In this document: one piece after another, positions 1 to 11,336 of the stretch
Layout of the letters: each line of letters opens with the position of its first letter
How positions within the stretch are numbered: position 1 is the first letter of the stretch
Origin: Eledone cirrhosa
Lineage: Eukaryota
Reading direction: 5' to 3'
Assembly: GCA_964016885.1 (NCBI GenBank)
Contig: OZ024741.1
Location: 368,218,001-368,282,000 of the forward strand
DNA length: 64,000 nt
The notes under the pieces: model-generated
Seen by the model: only the letters and a program-made list of their open reading frames with translations
Told to the model about the DNA's origin: nothing
Databases searched by the model: none
Translations under genes and position numbers: made by a program

Positions 1-147
1 ACAAGGTCAGCAATTACACCAGTGCGTTACTGGTACTTTATTTTATCGACTCCGTAAGGATGAAAGGCAAAGTTAACCTCGACGGGATTTGAACTCAGAA
101 CGTAAAGGGCTATAACTCTATGCTGTAAAGCTTTACCGATACTGCCA
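1..147 (-). mobile_element. tRNA-derived SINE copy
   Basis: Reverse complement of the SINE at 53295-53473, with B-box GAGTTCAAATCC. Confidence 0.8.
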
Positions 148-364
148 TATAATACCCATATTCTAAAGAGAGCGAGAGAGATTTGTAAGTACATATGTTA
201 AGCTTTATTTTCGTATTCCATATAAATTATCGTTAATGAATTTCATTTTAATTTTTAAAATACTTATTTCAGATGTAATTCACAATTCGTTATTTTATTT
301 TAAGTTTTACAGTAAAGAATACAAAAATATGTTTTCACTTTTTATCACTCTGCTTCAGTAAAAT

Positions 365-374
365 AAATGGCGGC
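365..374 (+). promoter_or_regulatory. YY1-like motif upstream of LSm8
   Basis: AAATGGCGGC ~80 bp upstream of the ATG; motif match only. Confidence 0.4.
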
Positions 375-452
375 GAAAATAAGCATTTGAAGAACTGGTC
401 TAAACTTAACGAGTAAATGGTTGTTATTTCGTGAACGACAACATTTAAAAAA

Positions 453-483
453 ATGGCTTCAGCTCTGGAAAATTATATTAGCA
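453..483 (+). CDS. LSM8: LSm8 exon 1 (MASALENYIS)
   Basis: ATG at 453; followed by U12 donor GTATCCTTT. Confidence 0.93.
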
Positions 484-805
484 GTATCCTTTTTCATAAA
501 CACTTTCTTCGTTATACTTTAATTTCTACTTTGCGCCTCAAAATTAAAATGTTTTTATTTGTGATGTATATATATTATTAGCCCACGCCGGTTATTGCAT
601 CTGTTTTTATATTAGATCTATATTCAGTATATTTTATATATTTTTTTTTCATTTTCAAATGTTATCCAAATTTTCATACCTTACTAAAAACAATATCTAT
701 TTTGTTTAATGGCACTCATTAATCGTACCGGCATTTGTCTCCATAAATCTATTTATCTAGCCAACTATATCTATTTATTAACCTGTGTGTGTCTATAAAT
801 GTATT

Positions 806-858
<53 letters not shown>

Positions 859-3800
859 GAAAATCTTTAACCCCGACGGCAGAGCTCAAGCCGTTTCGGC
901 GGCTATTTCTGAGGCCAGAAATAACCGTCGAAATGGCTTGAGCTCTGCCGTCGGGGTTAAACATTTTCCTATTACCCACTCTACTACCCTAAGTATTGAG
1001 TACTCTCGTCCGTTATGATCCATCTGGTTCATTACCACACTTCCTTCGTTATATATATTATATATATATGTGTGTGTGTGTACATTTTTCGTTCATCATT
1101 ATTTTCACGTCATCCTTTCATGTTGACATGGTTGGACTAGATTTTCTTCAGCAGTGTTTTACAGCCGGGTACCCTTCCGGATACCAAACCTTCTTACATG
1201 GTTGAAGAAAATGAGCTCTAACATTTAATACTTATGAAACAACTGGAAATTGTAGCAGCACTTTTAACTGTGGTAGTATGGTCAATTGGTAGGGCTACTG
1301 TTGTCGCATGTACAAGCAACTATGGTCAGTTGGTGGGACTACTTTAGTCACATGTACCAACACCCATAACTGTGGCCACATTTACCAACCCCCCTTAACT
1401 GTAGTCATAGGGTCAACTGGTAAGAATAATGTGGTCACATGTAAACACCCTTAACTGTGGTCACTATTAACTCCCTAAATTGTGGTCATATGGTAAGTTA
1501 ATGGGATTCTGTTGGTCACATGAAAACAGCCTTAACTGTGTTTATATAGTTATCTATTTAGTGGGAGTAGTGATCACATGTAAATACTCTTAACTGTGGT
1601 CATATGGTCAATTTGTGGGAAGTACTATCCTTTTTGCGTTACTGTAACCCTCTGAAAACATTTCATATATATTTATATTAATCTATCTATCTGTCTGTAA
1701 TCTTTTCAAAATGCACATTATGATTTAGACGGTTTTTGTCTTGAAACTGCTTGTAGTGCAGATTTGAGTCATACTGTACGTATGTATGTGTGTGTATACA
1801 TATATATATGTGTGTGTGTATATATATTTTGCGTTAGGAAGGGCATCCAGCTGTAGAAAGTAAATCAAAATCAGTTCTGTAGAGTAAGACATGGTCACCT
1901 GACCTAATATTGCCCACAACAGAATAACTCGTCTAACCCATGCTAACGTGGAAAAATGGATGCAAAACGGTGATGATGAGGATGATCTGTCTCTGTCAGT
2001 ATGTCTATATCCCTCTATATATTTGTTTGTATGGCTTTTTATATGTAAATTATGTAACATTGGTGGAGTTTCAGGCCATCCCTCTTGAAAATAATCAAAT
2101 ATTTACAGGGATTTAGTAATATAACAAACATTTTCATTAAGCTTTATGATGAAAGGTTTTTGAATAAATATAAACACTTTTAAAGAACAGTTTTATACAG
2201 AACCAGCGGTGGTGTGGTCGCAAAAGAAAAGGGTTAAAGATGTGGCAGATATGTGAAACTATGCCAAAATTGTTTGTGTAAAATCTTGCATTTTGTTCCT
2301 TGACTCAATTCAACTAGAAACTGTGTCTATAGTAACTGCTGATGGACGAATTATTGTGGTAAGACAATGTTATATTTTATTTTAATGCATACATACATAC
2401 ATGCAGACATAGCTGTGTAGTTAAGGAGTTTGTTCCACTAATACATGGTTTCACATTCAGCTACAGTGTGTTCACCTTGGGGAAATGTCTTCTACTATAG
2501 CCTAGTGTGGTCAGTGCCTTGTGAGTAGAATTTGGTAGATGGAAACAGTGTGGAAGAAGCCTATCATATATATATATATATGTATACAAGCTGCGGTTTG
2601 AAAGCTACTTTAATGTGGCTGCAGTGAAAATATCTAGGTAACAAGATCAAGAGGAGACAAGTAATTCTGTGTTGTGTTGTGAATAAAAACAAGAGAAAAC
2701 AGATGATGATGTTACCTTTCAATTTATTGTACCTATATTTTGGACATTTCGTCTTTCATCAGTTGGTTTTGCCCATAGTATCGGAGCTGTGATCTCTCAA
2801 TTCAGAGAAGTAGCGGCTCTACCTGGAGTGACTCTCTGGGCTACGTTCTCTATTGAGTAACGTTACTCCAAAGACCCTTCGGAGGAACCCCATTTTGGCC
2901 GTTTGTATTCACGATCGTATTCTTTCGGTCATTACCATATTCATGACTATAGGTGAGGGTTGGCATGAATACCGAATTGAAGATAGCGAGTTTGGCTTTT
3001 TCACCTACTCCATTCTTCTGATTACTGTATGCTGAAGCTGGTGCATCACTGCACCAGCTTCTGCAATTCTTGCACTTAATCCAGCCTCCTGCCTTCCATG
3101 AACACAGCGCCAAGATACTTGAACTTCTCTACCTGCTTCAGTGGGACTCCATTCACATGTAGAGTGCATTTGCAGGCTTCCTTGAGAGGATGAGTGTCTC
3201 AGTTTTCACAGCACTCAGCATCAAATCTACCAAGTGCAAGTTGGAGATCACCTTCTGTCAAGTTAAGTAAGACCATGTCTGCAAATTCCAGTAGAATAAT
3301 TTTACACCCGCCAGCACATGTCAATCCTGTTTATGTAAACAATGAACAGGAAAGGTGACAGTACACATCCTTGGCGGAATCCGACTCCCACATTGAATGG
3401 TTTCGATTTAGCACCATTTATCCAAACAAAAATACTCGGGTATTTGTTTAGGGACATCAGGAAGCTGACCATCGGTCCCATATTCCTGCAAAACCTTCCA
3501 CAACAAGTCCCGAGGAAGGCAGTCATATGCCTTTTTACAGTCGACAAAACAAATATACCTCTTGACAATACTCCTACAATTTTTCGAAGACCTTTCTCAG
3601 TGTGAATATTTGGTCGACTGCTGCGTCCGGGCAAAAACTGCACTGTTCATCAGCTAGCTTCGATTCAACAATCTCCTTGCATCTCTTTGCCAGACATTTA
3701 GCATAAACTTTACTGGGGAGGCTTAACAAGGAGATCCTTCAGTAATTGGAATCACTCTTGACTCCTTTTTTGAAAATTGGGATTTTCACTCCTGATTGCC

Positions 3801-6679
3801 ATTGCTTAGGTGCCCTTTCAGAGATCCAGGTAACCTGGTACACACAAGCCAGCCAGAGAATACCTTCTCTATTTATGGCTTTTAACATCTCTGGCCAGAT
3901 TTCATCTTCTTCAGCGGCTTTACCACATTTGAGCTCTTTAATTGCTCTTCAATGAACACATACACACAGAGATGTGTATGAAAGAGAGGGGCCATCATCA
4001 TCATCTTCAGTTTGTTTGTTTTTCCATGCTTGGATGGGCTTGGCAGATCTTTGCTGACATCCCTCCACTCATTTGTGATCCTTCATCTCCTCTGTGAGCT
4101 TCAGTGATTTATGATTAGTCCTTACAACCTCCACCCTGATCTTCCTTGGTCTTCCTCTACTGCACTTTCCTTGCACTAGAATTTCTTGGCACATCTTCAC
4201 CTCATGATCATCATCTATATGCATCACATGTTCATACTAATGCAATCTTTACTTCTGCTCACCACAGCTGCTTAGTCTTATACTCAGCATTTTTCTCAAC
4301 TCATCCATGCTTTGCTGTTCACACATTAACATTGCACATCCATTGAAGCTTGCTTGCTTCTTTTTTTCCAGCCTGGCATGGGTTGGATGGGTTGTTACAG
4401 TACTTAATTGGAGTTACTGTCCTCTGACCTGCCAAGGACCATGTCTCACTTAAGTACATTTCTGAATGTACTAGATTTATTTTATCATGACACTAACACT
4501 AGGGAGGTTGTTTTGTCCTTTGTCACAACTGAAAAGTCCTCTCTACCCTTTAATATATCATGATTAGCTGCAGCTGTTTTACATCTAATTTTCTATGCTA
4601 GCATGGGTTGCATGAAAAATTTGAGGCAGTGTTTTTAACCAGATTTCAGCCCTTTTAGTCATCTTTTACAGAGTATGGGGATATTAAAAGTAATAAACTG
4701 CACAACTACTGTATCGAAGATTTCCTCTTTTGTTTTGCTTGTCTATTAGTGTGCCTGGATCATCATATGAGTGGACATAGAAATGATGTTTTATTTTTGA
4801 AGGCTGTTGGAAGTTAGATAAAAGCAAGTTTATTTGGTGATCATCATCAGTATCATTTTACATCTGCTTTCCATGCTAACGTGGGCTGGATTGCATGTAA
4901 AACTGATGATGATGATGTGTTTTACTTGGCTGACATGTATTAGTTAATGTTAATTATCAAATTAACTGTCATGCATATTTCTGTTATTGTGTATTTATAT
5001 TTCAGGGTACTTTAAAAGGTTTTGATCAGACAATTAACTTAATCTTAGATGAGAGCCATGAAAGAGTGTTCAGTTCAACTTCTGGAGTTGAACAGGTTGT
5101 GTTGGGACTTTACATCATCCGCGGTGATAATGTGTAAGTAGATTTTTTCATATAAAAACAGAAATATTGACCATCAGATTTCCTTCAAAGGCTATGGGCA
5201 GGGAGCTCCTTCCTCCAGACTAACCCATTAACTCTTTCATTATCATATTTCTAATGTTTATGATTTTCAAATCATTTTGAAAGTAATCAAGAATTTGGAG
5301 AGATTTAATAATATAACTAACTTTTTTCATTATTAAGTTGGTGTTTAGAATACAATCTATTTGTTAGCGCATTTCTAACGAAAGACACTGCCTATTTGCA
5401 AAAAATCAAGAATAATTTTGAAAGATTTCATGACATAACTAAATTTCTCATTTTCTATCAGATGGCTGGAAGATAACTTAATAAAGATTCTTACATAGAT
5501 AAAAATAAACAGTTTTGTATCGTAGAAGCAGGACAATTTCAGGTGATTTGGTATCAAAAGTGTTAAAACAAAAAATAAAATTATTACTCAAAAATTCATA
5601 GTCATTTATTTTAGAGTTAAAGTTATTATTTGTCATTAAAGATATCTATTATATATCATTGTCATCTCCATAATGATTAGAGATGAAGTTCACATGATAT
5701 CATGGTTTATAGCTAACCAGGACACTTTTCTAACTAATGTAGTTTGCATGATATCATGGGTTGCTGGTTTATAGCTAATCAGGACACTTTTCTAACTAAT
5801 GTAGTTCACATGATATCATATGCTGTCTTCCTCATATGTTCTATATAGCATGGGTTCTATGGTTGGATGCCCTTCAAAATGCCAACCATCTTACAGGGAG
5901 TGCAGGGTGCATCTTTTTCATGGCACCTCCACTCCCACTTTACAGAGTTGTAGTTGTGTTACAAAAAATTGCACCCAGTACACCATGTAAAACAGTTTGA
6001 AGATCAAAGACATCTGAGGTCTTCATGGCAATCAGCATGAAAAGTGGTCAGTCAGGCTTGCTATTTAATTTTCTTCTACTCTGACATTATGGGCGGCGGT
6101 ACCCAGGTTTGCAGCTGAAGCAATAAAGCCGGAGGCAAAGAACGAGTTGCAGTACATGGCGTCCCAGATTAAAGATTTAATTCCTTCAAATGGGCGGTGA
6201 GAGTTATCCTGTCTGGGTGCTTACCATCACCACAGTTGAGGCCAGGCAGCTCCAGTTGCGATGGGAAACCGGCCGTCAAGGCTCCTTTTGATTATGTCAT
6301 TCAGAGCGGCATGTTGAGGGAACCGACCTGCACTATGGTGGCAGGATAACAGGTGCGGATGGAATATGTCAACAACGGCCCCACAACAGCATCATCAAGA
6401 AGAGTATTGGTTGATGAGGAGGGCACTGAATTGAGGCATGTGCCATTGTGCCATTTTTACTAGAAATTACGATTTGTTTTTGTTTGTTTGTTTTTTTGTG
6501 TAATAATTGTATGAAGCTTGTTCTCAGAATTTGTATGCAGTATTGAATTAATGTTCTAATTTTCTGGATATGTCTTTCTATATTTCAGAGCAGTGATTGG
6601 TGAAATAGACGATGATGCAGATTCTTACTTGGACCTAAACAGCATAAGGGCAGAGCCTCTTAACCCTGTTGTGCATTAG
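453..6679 (+). CDS. LSM8: U6 snRNA-associated Sm-like protein LSm8, 4 coding exons (453-483, 2318-2358, 5006-5133, 6589-6679), 96 aa
   Basis: Manual splicing gives MASALENYISKTVSIVTADGRIIVGTLKGFDQTINLILDESHERVFSSTSGVEQVVLGLYIIRGDNVAVIGEIDDDADSYLDLNSIRAEPLNPVVH*. Total 291 nt with consistent phases; closely matches known LSm8. Confidence 0.97.
806..855. repeat. (CT)n(AT)n microsatellite
   Basis: Direct reading. Confidence 0.95.
856..971. repeat. GC-rich inverted repeat (56-bp arms, 4-nt loop)
   Basis: Arms 856-911 and 916-971 are reverse complements with 4 differences. Confidence 0.95.
1258..1625. repeat. Degenerate ~55-60-bp minisatellite
   Basis: Recurrent CTTAACTGTGGTCA(T/C)ATG(G/T) motifs, about 6-7 units. 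Confidence 0.7.
2318..2358 (+). CDS. LSM8: LSm8 exon 2 (KTVSIVTADGRIIV)
   Basis: TAG acceptor, GTAAGA donor, Sm1 motif residues. Confidence 0.95.
2770..3950 (-). mobile_element. Degenerate RTE-clade LINE fragment (second family)
   Basis: Broken RT frames: FNVGVGFRQGCVLSPFLFIVY, AIFNSVFMPTLTYSHE. Confidence 0.8.
5006..5133 (+). CDS. LSM8: LSm8 exon 3 (GTLKGFDQ...IRGDN)
   Basis: TTTCAG acceptor, GTAAGT donor, Sm1/Sm2 motifs. Confidence 0.97.
6589..6679 (+). CDS. LSM8: LSm8 exon 4 (AVIGEID...PVVH*)
   Basis: TTTCAG acceptor, TAG stop at 6677-6679. Confidence 0.96.
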
Positions 6680-7790
6680 GAAACTAACTTTCATCATGTA
6701 AATTATCATAACCATTAAAAAAAAAAAAAGTTTTTATTTTTTCTTTTATCATCTCTGTTGTGGAATTGAAAAACAAACGCCTTGTTTCAAGGTTTTTATT
6801 CAACATAAAACTGTGAGTAACAATATAACATATGACCGAAGCTCGGCAAAGCTTGTTAGCCTACATAAATGACTTCCTCTATTATCAGCAGAGAAAATAC
6901 TGAAGTTGAATCTGGTCTTCCTTTTTATAATTACAGTAATTAATTTAATCATGAAGGCTCAATGGCTTAGTTATTAGGATGTTGGTTTCACGATCATATG
7001 GTCATGTTTTTGATTCCTCTGAGAAACCTCCTATCAGATACAACTTACATAGGTGTAAGCTGTAACAACAACAATTAATTTAATTCATTTCTAAAATAAT
7101 TCCAAATTCTTTTGCATCATCATTATTTTACATCCGTTTTCCATGCTTGCATGTCCTGGATGGGCTGCTAAATTTGAGTCAGTTCTTATTCAGAGTTACA
7201 CCCCTCTTAGATGTGTCAGAGGACGTTTTACTCATGTTTCATTTTTCACATGGTTTCTATGGTTGGATTCCTTTCCTAACATCAACTTCTTTAAATAATA
7301 CACTGGGTGTATTTTATCATGGTACCAACACTAGAGAGGTTGACCCAACATGACTAAAGATTCTTCTCAACCTGAATTGTCTCCACTCAATTGACACCCA
7401 TTTATAGAGGCTACTGGGTGCATTTTATTGTGATACCAACACTAGACAGATTGATTTGTCCATTGAAAATTTGAGGGGTCTCCTCTATGTAATCTCTGTT
7501 CTTTCAAGGCAAGTGTAACCAATAGGGTGATGAAAACAGAAATGATGGCCAAGAGTTGAAAAAGAAGAGAGTATGAAGGAGGGAAAGAATGAAAGGATTG
7601 TTGAGGAGGAAGAGGGACAGTGGTAGTGAGTTGTTGGTAATTGGTAGTAGGTTGAGGAGAAAATAACATGAACAACATGATGGAATATCAATAGAGGTAT
7701 GTTAAAGTAGGAGTGAGCAAATGTTGGATAGTAATGGAGAAGTATGATGAAGTTGGATAGTAAGAGAGAGAATGTGAGTAGTAGGTCATA

Positions 7791-7912
7791 ATTGTTTCTA
7801 CTTTTGGCACAAGGCCAGCAATTAACCAGTGTATTACTGGTACTTTATTTTATCGACCCCGTAAGGATGAAAGGCAAAGTTAACCTCGGTGGGATTTGAA
7901 CTCGGAATGGCA
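7791..7912 (-). mobile_element. 5'-truncated tRNA-derived SINE with TSD
   Basis: Same family as 53295-53473; flanked by AGTAGGTCATAAT on both sides. Confidence 0.8.
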
Positions 7913-8780
7913 AGCAGTAGGTCATAATGGTATTGAATATGGACACGAGTGGTATAGCCAGATCAAATGGCCTTCCTTGGTATTCAGTCAGTGTAGTATT
8001 AAGGGTGATATATGAGACTTAAAAGAAATATGATGGGCAAGAGGTCTAATTGTATATTATACATCCTAGCTCCATTACCACCTAATTATTGTTTTGCTAT
8101 GCTTTTGCACCAGTAGGCAGGTGAATACAGTGTGTGACCAGTGAACACACTCTTGTCCTCTTCATGATGTCCAGCTTCTTGAAATCAGATCATATACTCA
8201 TAGCTGTGCAGCCTTCTCTCTTATATTCAGCTTTTTCTCAATTCATTTGTGTTTTGTTGTTTATACATCCAGTGGACCATGTCCACTTCATTAGATTCTG
8301 TCACAGATCTACATTCACAGCCCACATATCATTACCATATAGAATTGTACTTCATACACAAGCATTATACAATGTCTTTCACTCTGAGAAAGAAACCCTT
8401 TGTTGCCAGCAAAGGTAATAGCTACCTGACCGTTTCTACCTTGGTCAAGGACTATACAACCATAACGGTACTGAGGTCCGTGAGACAGAGAGAGAGATGA
8501 AAATAATTCAGAAGTTGCTCATGTGCGATAGCATTGGTTGCAGTGCACAACAACCTAATTGAATGGAAAACATTAAGAACAGTTTACCAATACCAAATAA
8601 GCAACCCACATAACTTTAATGTGATTGTTTTCCAGATAATTCCAATGATTCTCTCTATTTGTCCATGGGACCTTAACTCCTGCTGGAGTTGTAGGAGCAT
8701 TTAAATCTAGTGAAGCCCATGCCTCTTCAGGTTTGAACACAGCTGATTTTCTCCAGCGAGTGATAGAATGGAAGTGAAAA

Positions 8781-8812
<32 letters not shown>

Positions 8813-10154
8813 GAAGAATTGGTTCCAGTATTGGACTAGTATTGTATTTACAACCTTCAAATAATGAAAGCCAAATTTGACCTCAGTGGGATTTGAACAC
8901 TGCAAAGAACCAGAACGAATATTGCAAAGCATTGTATCTGATGTTCCAAGGATTATAATTACTGATTCTTTATGGAATTCCATAAGAGATCAATAAAATA
9001 AATACCAAACTTGAAAAAATTAAGTACTAGGGTTGATATCGACTAAATTACTGTGGTGCCCCAACATGGCTACAATCTGTTGATTGAAGCAAGTAAAAGA
9101 ATAAAAAGAATATTGTAAATATTGTTGTGTAGATTTTTCTTTTCAAATAGAGATTAATGATTATACTTCATGCCTTCTAACTAAAGTGTTGCTGAGTTCA
9201 ACCCTTGTGCTATCCATGACAGAAATGTTCCAGGTTCAAGGAAGATATCTATTTTATAACGGATACCTGTGGATAAACTTTGTATACCAACCATAACATC
9301 TGTTTTAATGGTTTGGTTTTGAAGTACAGACAGTGCCCAATGTTTTCATGTCTGTAAGAACAACTTAATGTCAGAAAACTATAGCAGGATGAACCAACAC
9401 AATTGGTGGTCTCTGGTCTCATGCTTAACAAGTCCATGTGACCTGACAGCTCAATCAACTAAGGAAATGTAGCATTAAGTGTTCTGGGCAGAAATAGAAG
9501 AAAACACCAAAAGTAAGGTGGAATTCTAGACCTGTGAACATGAGAAAATTATAATCCAATACTTTAGGTGCCTGGCAATTTTTCCCCAACTCTTTAGCCA
9601 ATGTTGGACTTATTAACTCTAGCATTTACTATTATATTTTCACAGTAAATACTTTATCTCACATAATATCGAATTTATGAGATTGTGGTATTATTTATTT
9701 TGAGAACAATACCTTAATATCAGTATGAGTGGCCAGTTTGAACAGAAAGGTGAGAGAATTCTGGCCAGTTTAACGGGTTAATGGAGTCTAAATAGTCAGT
9801 TTCCAATCCCTCCCTCTATAGCCACTTGTGCTGCCTTACTGGCAACTGTTAGCAGTCTATAGTCAGTTTTCCCCCATCACCACGCTACAGCCATTGTTGT
9901 ACTTTTTTATTGATAGCTGTTAATGGAGACTATATAGTCAGTTTTGCCCATAACCCACTGTTGTGCTTCCTTATTGAGAACTGTTAACAGATAGTTAACA
10001 AATGGGATGGTAAGAGCTGGAACATTTTTGATCGAAAGCAGTCTGGATCAGCTCTGAAACAATAACTACTAAATAGGCGGCAGACTGAGGTAAGTCATGT
10101 TAGATGATGCCATCTAATTAGTTTCTTGCAGTTTTTATGGTTAGTATGACAGAG

Positions 10155-11005
10155 CATCTGGTTAAACCTGCTACACCAGAGGGTATCATTGTAGTATGGG
10201 GTGTGGTGGTCTCACATCTGGTTAAACCTACACCAGAGGGTATCATTGTAGTATGGGGTGTGGTGGTCTCACATCTGGTTAAACCTACACCAGAGGGTAT
10301 CATTGTAGTATGGGGTGTAGTGGTCTCACATCTGGTTAAACCTACACCAGAGGGTATCATTGTAGTATGGGGTGTGGTGGTCTCACATCTGGTTAAACCT
10401 ACACCAGAGGGTATCATTGTAGTATGGGGTGTGGTGGTCTCACATCTGGTTAAACCTACACCAGAGGGTATCATTGTAGTATGGGGTGTAGTGGTCTCAC
10501 ATCTGGTTAAACCTACACCAGAGGGTATCATTGTAGTATGGGGTGTGGTGGTCTCACATCTGGTTAAACCTACACCAGAGGGTATCATTGTAGTATGGGG
10601 TGTGGTGGTCTCACATCTGGTTAAACCTACACCAGAGGGTATCATTGTAGTATGGGGTGCGGTGGTCTCACATCTGGTTAAACCTACACCAGAGAGTATC
10701 ATTGTAGTATGGGGTGTGGTGGTCCCACATCTGATTAAACCTACACCAGACAGAATCATAGTAATATGAGGTGTGGTGGTCACACATCTGGTTAAACCTA
10801 CATCTAAGGACACCATTTTAGTATGAGTTGTGGTTCAACATCTGGTTAAACTTGCGACACCAGAGAGTACATTGTAGTATGAGGTATGGTCCCACATCTG
10901 GTTAAACCTGTGACACCAGATGGTACCATTGTAGTACGTGTTGTGGTCCCACATCTGGTTAAACCTGCTACACCTGAAGGAATCATTATAGGAGGTGTGG
11001 TCCCA
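10155..11005. repeat. 57-bp tandem array, about 15 units
   Basis: Unit CATCTGGTTAAACCTACACCAGAGGGTATCATTGTAGTATGGGGTGTGGTGGTCTCA recurs at 10215, 10272, 10329 and onward; degenerate at the right end. Confidence 0.97.
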
Positions 11006-11336
11006 TAACATCAGTTCATAACAAATAATGGTGATATGGAAGGAGACACATTTAGAGAAGTTTGTAATGGATTTTGAAACTAACTTTTCTGTACAGGTAG
11101 TAAGGTTCCTTGGCTAGGTTCAAGGTGAAATCTATGCCACTTTGGTTATGTTGGATTGTGATTCTGAAACCAAAATGAAGACTATGAAGTTTTTCCTGAT
11201 TCAATCAGTAATATGGGGTCTACAGTTCTTTAGGACCTTCTGCCTAGGCAAAAAGTCACATCAAGAAAATGATACACTGGTTATTGTGGGTTGCGATCCT
11301 AAACTTTGTCCTAAAGAAGTCGGTGGCGCCTTTCCT

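Larger units (their letters stand above)
484..2317 (+). other. U12-type GT-AG intron (LSm8 intron 1)
   Basis: 5'SS GTATCCTTT at 484-492; branch site TTCCTTGAC at 2296-2304, close to AG 2316-2317, with no long polypyrimidine tract between them. Confidence 0.92.

Noticed and set aside
6714-6729. ATTAAA plus A-run after the LSm8 stop, suggesting a retrocopy poly(A)
   Set aside because: The gene retains its introns, so the A-run is an ordinary genomic homopolymer.
10118-10816. 232-aa and 210-aa repetitive ORFs, or a CRISPR-like array
   Set aside because: The frames stay open only because the unit is 57 bp. Units are contiguous with no unique spacers, the context is eukaryotic and there are no cas genes.
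10155-11005. Twister-ribozyme-like words (TAA..CTGC, GGTCCCA, AGAGGG) in the repeat unit
   Set aside because: I could not build the required helices and pseudoknots in the right order; probably chance.
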